A DNA stretch of 64,000 bases from Cyanophora paradoxa CCMP329. Its lineage: Eukaryota; Plantae; Glaucophyta. Shown piece after piece: positions 35,416 to 48,920 of this stretch. A program made the translations under genes and the position numbers. The stretch is from the NCBI GenBank assembly GCA_004431415.1, contig QPMI01000134.1, forward strand, positions 1 to 64,000, written 5' to 3'. The first letter of the stretch is position 1. Every line of letters starts with the position of its first letter. A model generated the notes under the pieces. It saw only the letters and a list, made by a program, of their open reading frames with translations, searched no databases and was not told where the DNA came from.

Positions 35416-38400
35416 TTGCACGAAAGGTGTTTGAGGATGCGTTAAGGGCGCGGGTTCGTCGCGCAGATGAGTTGGACCCCGGCAATACTGGTAAATTGAT
35501 ATGTAACCATTGATATGTGTATTGTCACTTTATTGATCTTTGTGAATTACAGTTTTGCTCCGGCGACCACTGGCAATCGTAGCCTTTCTCGTCTCATTTA
35601 CGGGTCTCGAACTGCTTGAGACGTTCGCCGCGATACATTCCGCCTCTTTCTTCGAAGCGTCACGATCCAAGATGCTGGCGGTAGAGAAGTACGGTGGTAT
35701 GCGACACGCGTTCGAGTCAGTGAAGGAGAATCGAGCGTACTACTATGAGGATGTCAAGGAACGTTACTTTTCGACAGGGCTGGATCCCCGCATGTTCCAT
35801 CGTGGCCGCGTACACTTCGTCCAGGAGGTGACTCGTCAAGTGGAACGGATATGTGACCTGCCGCATGATGAAGCATTGCGTGAACTCTCCAAGATGAAGG
35901 TCACAGGCAATGCCTACTTCCGTAACGTTGAGAGCATGTGGCAGTCATCAGTCAGGAATTTGGAATTCGAGAATGCCTATCGCAGCGTCGTGAAGTCGCA
36001 CACTGCGACGGTGGAATGCTGTATCAGGTCGTTTGGGACTCTCGACGAGGCGGGTGCCAACAAATTCGACCGCTCTTACACTGCACTGGTTGATGCATGT
36101 GGCAACATGCGGACCACTATTGAGTTACACGCTTCGTACAATTCGTTGCTTGTGTCATCTCATCCGTGCCGCGACGTTCAGCACCTTGAGTCTCTGAAAA
36201 TACCGAAACTGACATCTACGCTGCAATCCCGACGCAAGCGCGTGGTGTCTGCATCTACACATCTAGACGAGTATGTCTCCAACGCAACGGACTACATTGT
36301 GAAGTGCAAGAACTGTCTTATCTCTACTTGTAAATCTGAAATACGTCGTCTGCGTGACTTACACCCTGGTGCATGAGCGGTGTATTACTGTATATGATAT
36401 TGTCACTGAATATTACGTTTTTTCGTGCAGATGGCGCGTCCAATGCAGATCATTGGGTAGTAACCCGACTTTCTTCGATTGTGTCATCGTTGGTATTTGT
36501 TCTGGTGTTGTTCTTAGTGCTTTTACATTATGTTAACATGATTGTCGAGCAGGAGAATTCGAACTGGATTGAGTTCCAGATTTCGCCTATTCATTCTGGA
36601 ACTGAATCGAAACCTGCTGCTTCTGTTGTACCTCGTCCGTCATCAGGTTTGCATCTTTGTATATCAATGCCCGCAAGGTCAGACGAGGATAATTACGGTC
36701 TTCATCTCTCGTCTTACTATGTCATCATTTTTATATGTGATTCTGAATCAGTGACAGATTCTCAGCCGGCTCCGGAGATTGTTCCGGCCTTATCTGCAGG
36801 TGTGCTGTATATCTTCCGCGATTGTATGATTTTGTGTTTTGGACGGTTACCAGCGAATGTACTGTCCTTTCCCCGCGCAGGTCCATCATCAGCTGCAGTG
36901 GCTGCGGCAAGCGCCACGTCGGCAAGTGGAATAACTGCAGATCATACTGCTGTGCTGGGTGAAAATAATTCCTCGCACGTAGAATGTCTGTTCGCATTAA
37001 CTATGATGTTCATTGCAGCGGCTCCAGCAGACGCATCTGGACATCTTGCAGTATCTGCCGGTCATCTATCGGATGGGTTAGGCGTGCCGTTATCTTCGCT
37101 CATGTCTTGCCCGAAGTCTGCCACTGAGTCTGCATGCAGCATCAGCTGTGCCATTGGTGAACGTGTCATGTGCGCTTTATATTATATGTATTAACGCACG
37201 GCAATTTACCATGGCCATTACAATTTAACTGATTGCGGCGGCCGTGCAAGCTGCTTTACCTGCCGCAGTGAGCTCAGGCGGGGAAGGGGGCGAACCTTCC
37301 GGATCAACTGGGCAGCCACGACATGGTGTAGGTGGTTCGTTTATCTGTGGTTATTCATTGATGGGTAAGCAGCATGTAATGTAAACCTGCCGGCAGCCGC
37401 AGTCGTGCATGCGATGACCGTGACAGGTGTGCAATCTACTTCCTGAATAAACGTATCGTACGCTATCGGTTTCCTTATGATTTCACTGACTGCGGCGGTA
37501 GCACCGGCTGCTATACCTGCTGCAGAGATTGCAGGCGGGGAAGTGGGAGAATCCTCCGGATCCGGTTTGCAGGAACGGAATGATGCCGGTGGTTCGTTTA
37601 GTTGCCGCAGGCGTCGCGTGTAATTAAAGAACAACATAGTAATCTTATTGATTGGTTTTCAATTTATCGCGACTTGCAATTATGGGATGCAGATACGACG
37701 GGTGCTTGCGATGGAGCGGGAGGCGGGCCGCCGGCCAAACGCTCAAGGTCGTACAGCTATGATCGGAAGGATAAAAAGAAAGATAAGAAGAAGACGGATC
37801 TGGGCGATTCGGAGACGAAGGATGATGGACAGTCGAGCTCAAACGTTGGTACGGCAGACATGCACGCAGATTCTCAATCGGTGAGTATATCTGTGCAAGC
37901 TATCCATCTTTGCACCGTGTGTAAAATGTCACGCATTTTACGTAGAGCGAGCCGCCACTCTTGGCATCTTCGGTGCCTGTTGCGCGAAAAGCTGAACCAA
38001 TGGATATCGTCGTGTGTACCTTTAATATTTGGCACCCGTGTTTGTATTGAAACATCAGCAGGCTCTGGATTCTGAACAGTTGTTGGACCCGGAGATTTGT
38101 ACAGTTGGAGATCCAGAGCCAGGTATGAGATATTTCTGCATCTCATGTTTCTGGTCTGTGTCAAATGATTTATTCCACGTAGATGATGTGAATATTGCAC
38201 GGGAGACTAATGAGAGCCGGGCGGCGCGAATCTGGTTTGAACAGCCCAACCGTATTCGGCGGCTGGTGGAGATCGTGTCCTCGAAATTGAATGTGGCTTC
38301 CAGTCATCCAGAATCTCACGGTGAACCTGATGCCGGAAGTATAACCGAAGACGTCGATGATCATCTCCTCGATGAGTTATTCGATCCAGCTCGTAGTCCA

Positions 38401-39500
38401 GCTCTGGCCTCGCTGGCATCTGCGTCGGCATCTTCCGCATCATCGTCTCCGTCTTCGGCGGTCGTCACCGGCGCAGATGCCTCGGTGGCATCTGTGTCAT
38501 CATCGGATGCATCGTCGTCTCCGTCCTCTGTGGTCGTCAATGCGACGAAATCGCACTCATTGTTCTTCAGCATTGGGATTCACCTCTCGAATATTATGCC
38601 GGCCTATATGCGGCGGCATGGCCGTTCACTTTTATCGAAACGCACCCGTGTAATTGAACGGAAGAGGATGGAAGGCTTTTTCATGGTATGTTCGATAGTA
38701 TATTTCGCTAGACTCAACCTGCTGAGGTGGAGACTGGGTGAGTGCTGTTTATCTGATGCTGGGAACGTCATCTTTTCCTTTTTGAACTCATTTGCAGGTG
38801 AGAAGGTGTATGATCCTGTGCCGAAGTTTGTGAAGAGCAAGGAAGAACGCAGGGGGCCGCGTGGAGAGTTCGCCGGAAGTATCGATTCTCTCGCCGAGCT
38901 TTCAAATCAGTGGGGCAAATGGTTTTCGGAAGTCGTCGCGCCTCATATACAGGCACCGCTTGCCCATCTTCTGGCTGGTTCTGCGTCCCTGTATGATAAG
39001 AACACTGTCGAGAAATTGAATAAACTTCTTGATATCACCCCGGGCACTCGTGATAAGACTCGACTGTTGTACAGGGTGCGAGTGCGATGAGTTCATGTCG
39101 TACCAAGTGCTCACATTGTGCTGGTTGCAGGTTGGACACTTGTTGGCTATTCGGCCAAATATGGTCCAGTCTCTGCTGGCCGCCCCACTGGCTATTGACA
39201 TTGGACTCTTCGAGATATTGGATTTTCTGAACCATCTTGTCAAGCTCGAGTCCGTCGACGTCATCCTTCCCGCTATTGCTGAGGCTGATCCTGCTGTCAT
39301 GCCTGTATTTGAGAGGGTAGAGGGGGAAGAATTGGCTTTCTTGATTGGGCGTGTGAAGCCCGGCCTGCGTCTTTTCTAGATAATTGTAGGTAGCAAGCTC
39401 ACGTGCTCACATGTGCGAGTAGCGGCAGCTCTCGGATCGTTAGTTTTTCACCCTCCGAGCTGCATTCCCCCCTGTCCAACCCGGCAGAGCATACCTTCCT
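35416..39500 (+). CDS. Large multi-exon Helentron cargo gene (or genes) of unknown function
   Basis: Long non-GC-biased ORFs 35555-36376 and 38029-39090 linked by a run of small Ser/Ala/Pro-rich exons with GT-AG borders; Lys-rich NLS-like segment PPAKRSRS..KDKKKDKKK. Confidence 0.55.
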
Positions 39501-40354
39501 ATTTTTCGGATTCCATTCCCCTTTTGTCCGTGGTTGTTGTTTTGCAATGTAAACTTTGGCTGCTTGCTTGATGAACTTGTGCAGTGCACTGCACATGGAG
39601 TCACCTCTGCCTTCCTGCGTCTTCCTCTCGCATCGCATCGCAGTGCACTGCCGTTCTAGTGCCGCGTCGTTCTCCCGCTCTCCTCGCCAGTTCTGACATG
39701 GTACAAGCTGCACGAACCATGCACCAAGTGACCGGGTGCACGCCTCCTCCTACTTTCTTCTGGTTGTTGCCCCTGCTCCAGCTGCTGCGCTGTCGGCGTC
39801 AGCGCCAGCGGGCATCGCGCCCGACGCAGTCGTGCGCTCTTCTTGTCTTCCCCCGCCCCTCACCGGTGCCGACTGACCGCCCCAGGCGCCCCCGCCGGGC
39901 CACAGGAGGCGCGCGACTTGTTGCAGGTGCTCGAGTCGCGGTTCTCGCCCGTTGCAGCCCTCCCCTTCTCGTGGGGCGCCTGCCGTGAGTTCCGCCCCGC
40001 CCCCGCCTTTTTCCACCGGCCCCTGCGCGATTATTGTTTCGTTTCTGCCGCCATCCTTCTCAGCGCCCCGCCACCCCTCTCAGCGCCGCGCCGTCCGTCG
40101 CCCTAGTGTCCCGCCGCTTCCTCGTGCGCGGTACCTCCACTTTCAGTGCCCCGCCCCGCTCTCGTTCCGTCACCCTCCGCGTCCACCCCGCCCTCGCCCG
40201 CCCCCCAGCTGCCGATCGATAGATCCCATGTATGATAGGATGGGAGTACGTCTGCAATCTATGCTGTAAAATGGGCGTGTGATGATATTGTCATATTAGA
40301 CAAGGGTTCTCGTGGTGATGTAATTAGCTATGTAGTATGCATCGTGACTAACCT

Positions 40355-42033
40355 GCATGTTCTGGTTAGGCTGGCTTAACCGCAACAATTCTGGATTATA
40401 CTGGCCGTCGACCCCGTGATTCGTCGTGTGGGTTGAATTATTAAACGCCTTGACTCTGCGGGATGCGTTAATATTTAGTTCATATTATAAGGAGTGTATA
40501 GGATGTGCACTCACACGATCAAGGAATTGTCGACTATGCCGACTTCTGACGCGCACTGGGTGCCTGTAATGGCGGTGTCGTCTAGGTAAAATTGCACATC
40601 GTTCGTTCCGAGGTGGAAACGCTCGCGCGCTGTGCGGAACAGGTCTTCAAAAGGACGTGAGTAGTCGAGCCGAACGTTGACGATCTGGTTACTATGCTGT
40701 ATCCGGACTGTCACAGTAGGCTTCTTTTCAATATTCCGTAACCTATCTTAATGTCAGGTTCAATGGATCGACCGTTCGGGATATTGATGAACATGACATT
40801 ACGCACTCTATTATTTCATCTTCACGATATCCGACATCAGATGGACTCTCGTGCACTTCCAACCCGGTCCCTCCCAGTGTGAAGTGTGCCTTACTCGGAT
40901 CGACTTTGAAGAACTCGCATGCTTTTCCAAATGCATCTTGGAATGGTACCGTAGGGTCTGTGTATAATTTGAATATACCCTCGTCATTGAGGAAGTGTAC
41001 TGAAATCGCTATGTTCATGGCATCCTGTACGATCCCTGTCATATTACCAGTGTTCGGGTGAGTTTAAGTATCACGCACATGTACATGAACTGAGTCACGT
41101 GTCTCTCGTCGAACCGGATGCCAGTGTCCGTGCCAATCGACATGGACCTCACTCACGTCCGGATTCGGGCACTGCCCTACGTTTAGGAAACACCAACTTC
41201 GCCAGCACACTGACTTAATCGAACCCCGTTTAGGATCGATAAGAAGTGTTCGTCAAGTCGAAGTTTGTTAGGGTATGCGTATGCGTTGCATCCATAGATA
41301 GGGCATAACCTACGTGTATATCAGGTCTGAATTTCCAACAATTGCGGGGATGAACAGTTAATGTTGAGGCACCACACGCTCCGGTCGACCCATTTCTTGA
41401 TTCCTTGTCTGTAATGAGCCTCTGCACATCTCCGGATATGCGATTGTCCGTCAAAGCACTGCGAGTTTGATTATATAAGTGTACGCCCAACTATATGTAG
41501 TAAGTATTGATCACCTGAGTGTGATTACACGCCGCTGTTCTCATTGGCAGCTTGATGCGTCTCCGGGATATCGCGTCTTTCAAATCGAAGATGAGCCGTG
41601 AATCGCCATCCGTTGATGCATCGGCCGGCGAGAATTGGAACCGTTTCTGATGTTTGACCAGGCACTGATGTGTCTGCTTTCTGGTCGTGGTGATTTCGAA
41701 CTCTCTCGGGCTGGTTAGGTCTTCTCCTTCGTCTGAGCTCCAACACACCGGATACTTCCCGGTCCTTGCCTCCTCCATCGCTGTCATCATGAACGCATTC
41801 AGGTGTGTGCTAATCAACTGATCGCCATTTCGTATTTGCGTACCGTGACGTTGTCCAACGTGCCATGCAATGCAGTTGATGGTGTCGGCGGCGATTTCAA
41901 GTGCGATAGAACCGTCTCGTGCTTGGTGCAGAATATCAATGGACAACCGCCCCATCGATTGTGGGCAGGTCTTTCGCGCTGGTTGTCCAGCTTTGCCTCG
42001 CCATCCGTCTGAAGTCGACTTCGTACTTGACAT
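40355..42033 (-). CDS. Helentron cargo: Siz/PIAS-type SP-RING (zf-MIZ) SUMO E3 ligase-like protein fused to two SUMO-like (Rad60-SLD-type) domains
   Basis: LIFDLKDAISRRRIKLPMRTAACNHTQ|CFDG..VWCLNINC..SDLIY|..DEHFLSILN|QCPNPDVSEVHVDWHGHWHP| then SLD1 (IAISVHF..KLYTDPTVPFQDAFGKACEFFKVDPSKAHFTLGGTGLEVHESPSDVGYREDEIIE|) and SLD2 (VTVRIQ..VRLDYSRPFEDLFRTARERFHLGTNDVQFYLDDTAITGTQCASEVGIVDNSLIV). The model needs a 1-nt correction in a C-run (~41348) and one acceptor reads CG (~41259). Confidence 0.78.
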
Positions 42034-42961
42034 CTTCTTAGATCTGTGATCGATCGCCGAAGTCGCCAATTGCAAGAATACGGATGCTGTGTAAGTTCTC
42101 GCGCGCTCTATGTCGTTGGAATATCGTTAATACCAGCTAGTACCGCCGTACTATACGCGTACCCTGGATGATGTCATACCTCCTCTCCCTGCTAGTCAGC
42201 GCTTTTCACCGTGGCCATGGTTCTCTGATAGGCGGGGCGGGCAGGCTCGTTTGAAATTGACGTAGGTCGGGTCGCGGTGCGCACTATGCGTACCGCTATC
42301 CGAAGTAGAATTAGACGGTTATTCACGTCGATCGCTACGTGCAGCTACGTACGTCGATCTGTTCGCAGCTACGTATACGTACACAGATCTGTTCATTCAA
42401 TCGGTCATCCCGCTTTCGGGTGGTCAGTTCCGCTGGATCTGATGGATCCGGACCAACGTGTTTGCTGTCACTGTATGCCGTATCTTTTAATGTCTTTGTC
42501 ATTCTCGGTCAGTGGTGGCATTACTCACACTGCTACTTGCACGCGGTTCGCATGCTTGTTTGATGCTGACGTCTCGGTTTGCCGTCTATTTCTGAGACTT
42601 GTATCAGTCGTCATCAGCGTGGGACCTGGAGTGGGAAACCAACAGCTGCCGTAAAGAATGCGATTGAAGATTACATGCTCGATATGTACTCTACTCGCCG
42701 ATGGTGTGCTTGCTGCATGGGCTTGTGTCATGTGGCCGACATGTACAAGTAAATGTAGCAACTGCCTCCTGTGCCCAGTTCATGGCGACATCTGTAGTTC
42801 ACTCCCTTTATGGTTCCTCGTCCCACATGCCCGTCATCTATGATCACACGTGATGCAGCGCCCTGCTCTTCTCATCATATTCATATTTTCTTGATTGTGC
42901 TGATATGGTGTGATGGAAATAAAAACTAGATGTTGTTCTTTTGATAATCTGTTACATATCA

Positions 42962-43830
42962 CTATGGCGCTAGCCTCGTATGCCCGATAGACGTATTGCC
43001 GCGAACAGAACGGGTGGGAATGACCTCGCGCAAATCTCGAGTGAAGTGTGACCCTGGCAGAATGCGGAAATACTTGTGGGAGTTGCAGTCGTCCGATATC
43101 TCACATAGCACTGTCGACGATGTGGGCATTGCGATGATATCCCAGTCGTCTCCTTCTGACGTCTTGGGTTCGGGGAATATCAGACTGAAGCACTCCCACG
43201 TGCCACCATGCAGCGGTCGAACGACGCGGTACGTCATACCGGAGCTCCAGAGTACGAAGGCAGTACCGTTCTCCTGGAAAATAATTGAGCGATCTCCGCT
43301 GATAACCTCCAAGAAAATGCGCTCAGTGTCGCTTGTTATCGCGATTATTGCAATCGCCCCGTCGAAGACTGCTACGTGTGCTCCTGCACTGAATCGAGTC
43401 TCCAATTCTCCACGGTACTGTTGCAAGTCCGCATCGTGTCGAGCGCTCCACATGATACTGCCGGAGGAGTTGCGATGCCTGAACTCGCTTACTGTCATCT
43501 CAACGATATGCCCGTCCGGGAACGTGTGCGAATGCACGATTTCATCTTGGAGAATTCCGTCGGGCGAATGTGTCTGCGGCACTGTTGGTTTTTTCAAATC
43601 TCCACTGATTGAAGAGTGCTAGCGCGGCGAACCTCGGTTTCTGAGCGTTGCGCGATCGGTCTCTCTAACGTAGGGCGTGCCGACTGGGTCGATGGCGTCT
43701 CCGTAGCTTGCACTGACGTGGCTCGAGCCACTGACGATCGAGTGTCAATGCTTCGACTGCTCTCCGTCGGATGTGGTCCGGCTTCTACCACGCGTGGTCG
43801 CTTATGTGCATTCGCGGCCCTCTGCATTTG
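42962..43830 (-). CDS. Helentron cargo: hypothetical beta-rich protein (211-aa ORF, probably continuous with the upstream ORF across a frameshift at ~43597)
   Basis: Intronless ORF with globular composition in non-GC-biased sequence; no family recognised. Confidence 0.5.
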
Positions 43831-44959
43831 TATGCTCCTGCTGTACACCTCGACGTGCTGACCTGTTTTCGCTGGTTCGGAAATCACTGTACCCGTGTTC
43901 CTGTACGTTGCAGTGAGTACCAGAGTAGGTCCTTGAACCGACGGTTTTGGTCAGTTCTGTGCCAGTCGTATGCAATCAAGAGTGCGTGTTTCATGAAGTA
44001 GCGAGAATCGTATCGGTGCGTGCTTTCGTCTGATCTGTACGCCCCTTGTGGACTCATCCCTGTGCGCTCCGCTCTTCGCTTTCCCCAACCTAGATCGCTC
44101 CTTACCCGGTGCGCACGCAGGTGGCGGAGTAGAGATCTTGCTGTCGCTGCCAGTTCCGTCCGATAGCCGGTAGTTTCAGTCGCCATCTCGATCCCCGTGC
44201 GTGCAATATGCTACGTGCATTACCCTGCAAGTTCTAGTTGATATCGTATCACTTTCTCGCAGCACGCGCTACTGCATATTATATTCCGGGCTCTCTTCGA
44301 CATTCTTCGCTCGCGTATACACAATGTCGAATTGTCATGGCGGCGTACACTTTTTTTATCGCCCTCCTGATGTGGTGCGTGCTACTGAGTTCGCGATTTT
44401 TCCGAGTTCTCGCGTAAGGCGGTATTTCAGATTGAACTGCCCCCTTGGGGTGTTCCACCTTCAGCCGTATCGAGTCTTCTCAGTCACGTGTGTCTGCACT
44501 TGCGATCGTAAAGTTATTCTACTTATTAACTTCCTCTCTGATGGGTGATCGTATGTAGAGCGCTGCCAATCCTTGGAATGCATCAAGTATTCGCAGCTCT
44601 CAATTTCTTATTGCAACCCCTAGTGTACCTGGCGCCGTGAGCGACCAATTACTCATTTCCCATGGTACGACTGATATTCACTCGGTGTGTTTAGACCCCT
44701 ATTTTTACATCGGGTGCTTCCCGCGCTGCTTATCCACCTACAGTGCGTCTTCCTTGGTCTGTACTGTATTTCGACTGCCTCGTACTAATTTCGTGGCGCT
44801 CAGCTTCCAGTTTATCCCCCTATTTCTGCAAGTAATTACACTGCGGCACAAACGTCGTGGTGGCCGCATCTGTTGCCTTTGTCGGCCCTCATTCCAAATA
44901 CATCGGTATGTGTACGTGTGTACATTATTTCGCTAAATCTTTGTGATTGCATTTATTCG

Positions 44960-47900
44960 TGTAACCGGGTCGCAGTGTCCTTATCGCTGTGCAATTGTTC
45001 CCTCCTGCTCTGCGTCTTTCCTTACCGAGCGAGATTGGCGGGTGCACATGGCAGCTGCGCACGATACGACCCAGGATAATATATACCCGTGTGGGTATTG
45101 TAGTGCTGTGCTGTCCGATCGTTCCAGTTGGGACGCGCATCGTAGTTCTGTGCACCGCGTAGTAAGAGCCCGGGTTCGCAGGGAGCGCAGTACGTACATT
45201 GTTGTATTCCTTCCATCTGGGTCTGCGAATTTACCCTCACGTCGGTAATGCAGGTCCCACGTATTTTCCCCGACGACGTAGTCGTTTGAATCAGAACGCG
45301 AAGCAATGTATCCGAGATTCTGATGCAGGTACGTACTATATCATGCATGTATTGTGAAAGTACGTCAGTTTGGCACGTCTTAACAATTTCCAGCTCGGCA
45401 CGCAAATGATCCTAATTGGCCGTCATCGCATGCGAAGAGTAGAAATCGGAGTTATTACACCCAACGTACTCGTCTGTTGGAAAGGAACACGAATTTTGAA
45501 TCCGTACTCGAAAAGTGCGTTGTACGTTGCCTGCTCTTGTGCTTGCCTTCTTACGTTGCGTCAGTTATGAACCGGCGCAATTTTGGCATGATATTTCTGA
45601 TCCTGCCTTAAAGGAAGCAGCTAAAGTCTACTTCCTGAAGTTATTCTGCATCCGGCGGGGGTGCAGTTGTTGTACAGAATCAAGGCGGGCTGATAAACTG
45701 CATCCAGTGTCGTGCAAGTGTCTCTCGTCTAGGGACGGCGCCTCTACGATGCCACATCAAGCGGGCTGCTCGTGTATTACGACGGATGTGTGTTGTCATG
45801 CCTGCTCTGTCATGCGCATTCATGGAATATCCAGTGACCACGCTCGGGTGGAACTGTGCACCCGATGTAATTCCTTTAAATGCTCGCCGTCGCGGACATT
45901 CTGCCCCTTTTCAAGTCTGGTGCGATTTTGTACAACTGCGTTTATGCGTATCGGTTGATCATAGCTTGCTCATAGAATCGACTTCATTGCGTTGAAGTGG
46001 ACGAACGTATCCGGAACTTGCTGTCCGATCTGACGTACCCCGAGTTGTTAATGTGCCAAAGAGTGAATAACTATCAGGTGATTGCTCGCGCCCTTGTTAT
46101 TACGGTACCCTTTCGACATATCTGCCGTATGACGCTAGTACTCAGCTAATTCATGTACGAGGACCGAAGGGGAAGAATGGGCGGCGCATCGGTGGCGGGC
46201 AACTTGGATCGCAGGGCCGTGTTATATTCGTCCCTTGCAACCCTATTAATAATATCAAATCTATATTCCCGCTCCCACCGAGAGGCAAAGTGTGTCTGGT
46301 AAACCAACGGAAACCTAAAGGTGGCGAGACATGGTACAATCGTGTCAGGCTCGACAAATGCTTCGAGGTGCTGGAGTGCTTGCGCGATACCACGAAACAT
46401 ATCTACTATCAGAATATCCAGCTACGTGATCAGAACGACCCCGAATTGTTGGCTGAAATTGACAAGTGGAATGCCGGAACTACTGATAGTGTCATCAATC
46501 CACGTGACGCTGATGACTCGGACAGCGATACTTCCGACGTTGCTGCATCTGATTCTACGCCTATGAATCGTCCAATCTGTCCTTCAGTCGCCGTTAATTT
46601 GAAAGGGACTTCTCTCAGCACGCTCCCCGTGAATTCTGGCCGAATTATACGAGCCCATTCGCCGGAAACTGACGTGTGTTCGTTTCTGTCGGTATATCCT
46701 ACTGGTGTGTTTCCCGTCCGGGAATTGTACGCCTTTCAGCCGATCGAATTTGCGCAGGCACGCATGGCTTACACGATCCGGCGAGGCCTATATCGCTCAC
46801 CGCCCGCGAATTCTTCTCCCATCGATGCCTTGCGACATCTTCTGCGCCATTTCAGCGCGACCCGGCGGCCCTTCTGAACTCAATTTCCATCATATTGGAT
46901 GATGACGCATGGCGTGGTTTTAATTTTGTGAGGGATCATATTGTGAATGCAGCATCTCTTGAAAACCAGGATACGCATGGAGTGGTACCGAATGCTAATA
47001 TGACAGTTGCGGACGCCTTGAACCTGGTGAACAGTACAGTTGAGGATCACTCGCTTGATGCTTTAACCATACGTACAAGGTGCTACCGTACAATGACACG
47101 TAATGTGATTCCGATCCGAAATATTCATCCTCCCGCGCCTTCTGAAATTTCTCGCTCGTGCCCAGGTTCGAGGAACGGCTGCTTACTGGACAAATGCGCG
47201 AAATAAACTACACAGCATGTTCACGACCATTGGTTTCCCTCACATCTACATGACACTATCGAGCGATGACCTGCACTGGCCTGATCTACTTCGGGCAATC
47301 GACCCTGTCAAATTCCAGTCCAGCACCGCCGTATCGGAATTTACAAAAAATCGTGACGACGTTGTGAAACTGCTGAATGACAACCCGGGGATTGTTGCTG
47401 AGCACTTCGATGAACGAGTTCGCGCCATGTTGGAGTTGTTTCAGTCCGAAGGTGGCGAGAGCCTTTTTGGTTGGCCAGTCGTAGATTTTTTTGTTCGGTG
47501 CGCTTTGGAATTCATGTACGTGTATTTCGCGTTGTCTCATACGTCTCCGAAGGTATGAGGTTCAGAGTCGCGGGTCGTTGCATGCTCATCTAGTCATCTG
47601 GTTAGGTGAACGTACACGGGACGGAGTATCTACCCCTCCCCCCAATTTGGATCCGGCGGATCCCGCCTTCAATGCAGAACAAGTTTGTGCATGGCTGGAT
47701 ACGATCGTCAAAACGGAAGTGCGTTGTAGCTCATGTCATTGGAGTCGTGTTTGCAATCTACCTCTAATCTAGGCTACAGCAACCTCGCACTGAAGGCCCT
47801 TTTGCACAATCGTGGGCAACAGAGCGATTGCAGACATATGTTGCTCGGTTCAACCGGCACAAGCACTCGCATACTTGTCGGATTGATCCATCGGCGAAGT

Positions 47901-48920
47901 ACAGACACCGTCGCCAACGGAAACTGGCCGTCGTCGACGAGGACGCTGAGCTTCATGATCCTCTACCAGATACGGCCCGCAACTCCGTTCTCGAGGACCA
48001 GTTGTCTGCAATGGAGAAGGCTGCTCCTTCGGAACATGTAGCCCGTTCAGCCCGGATTGCGAGATTCATGGCCGAATACAAGGAGAGGTGTAAATGTCGA
48101 TTTGGGTTCCCCCATGTGTTTGCGGCAAAGACGCACCTTCGGAGTTCTCACGAGGAGCGCTTCATGTGTCGTGGGGACAGGGAAGTAATTTTTAAACGCA
48201 CCACACAAGACGACAGATACACGAACAACTTCCATGATATAATAATCCAGCTATGGCAAGCCAATATGGATATTCAAGTGGTCACTAACCCGTACAAGAT
48301 TGCAGCGTACATCTTGGGGTATATGACTAAAGATGAGACAGAGGAGATGAAGGCGGTTGAGAGCGTGCTGTCTGATTTGCCTGAGGAGGCTTCGACCAAC
48401 CAAATCCTCTTGAAGGTTCGGTTTCCTTTTACATGACCGGATTAATTGTGATTGGTTTGTAATCGCTGCGCCGCTCTCCTAGATGCGGAACGCAATGCTG
48501 GGATGTCGTACAATGTCCAAGCAAGAAGCGGGTCTATATTGCCTAGGTGGGTGCATTCGTTTTGTCGCCGGAGTTTGCGTGATGAATACGCACATGTGCC
48601 GCTGTGATCGTGCCTGCTCTCATGTATTCATGTGCATGCTGCAGGTCTACCATTGTTTTATTCATCACGAACATCCTGTTCAGTTGGGGCGTATCTTCCA
48701 GGGAAACGCACGAAGCACCTACGTAAGAAACGGGACCTCGAGTTCCGTGTGCAGCGCAATCCAAATGATGAAGATGCATGGGCGGATGATCAAGTTGATT
48801 ATTATACTGCTCGTACTAAGGACCCTGCTGGTACGACATTCACTTTCTCGTTCTCGACGTAAATAATCTGTGCGTATACGTGCAGGCTCGGCACCTGTTT
48901 TCGAGTCCCTAACATTATCT
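44960..48920 (+). CDS. Helitron/Helentron Rep (HUH/Y2 endonuclease) with two N-terminal C2H2 zinc fingers, spliced, truncated before the PIF1 helicase
   Basis: C..C..H..H x2 (44985-45155); LTYPELLM..GQLGSQGRVIFVP; VRGTAAYW; FPHIYMTLSSDDLHWPDL; NPGIVAEHFDERV; YEVQSRGSLHAHLVIW (HUH at 47581); HKHSHTC; CRFGFP; WQANMDIQ..AYILGYMTK (Y2). Possible frameshift near 46840. Confidence 0.93.
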
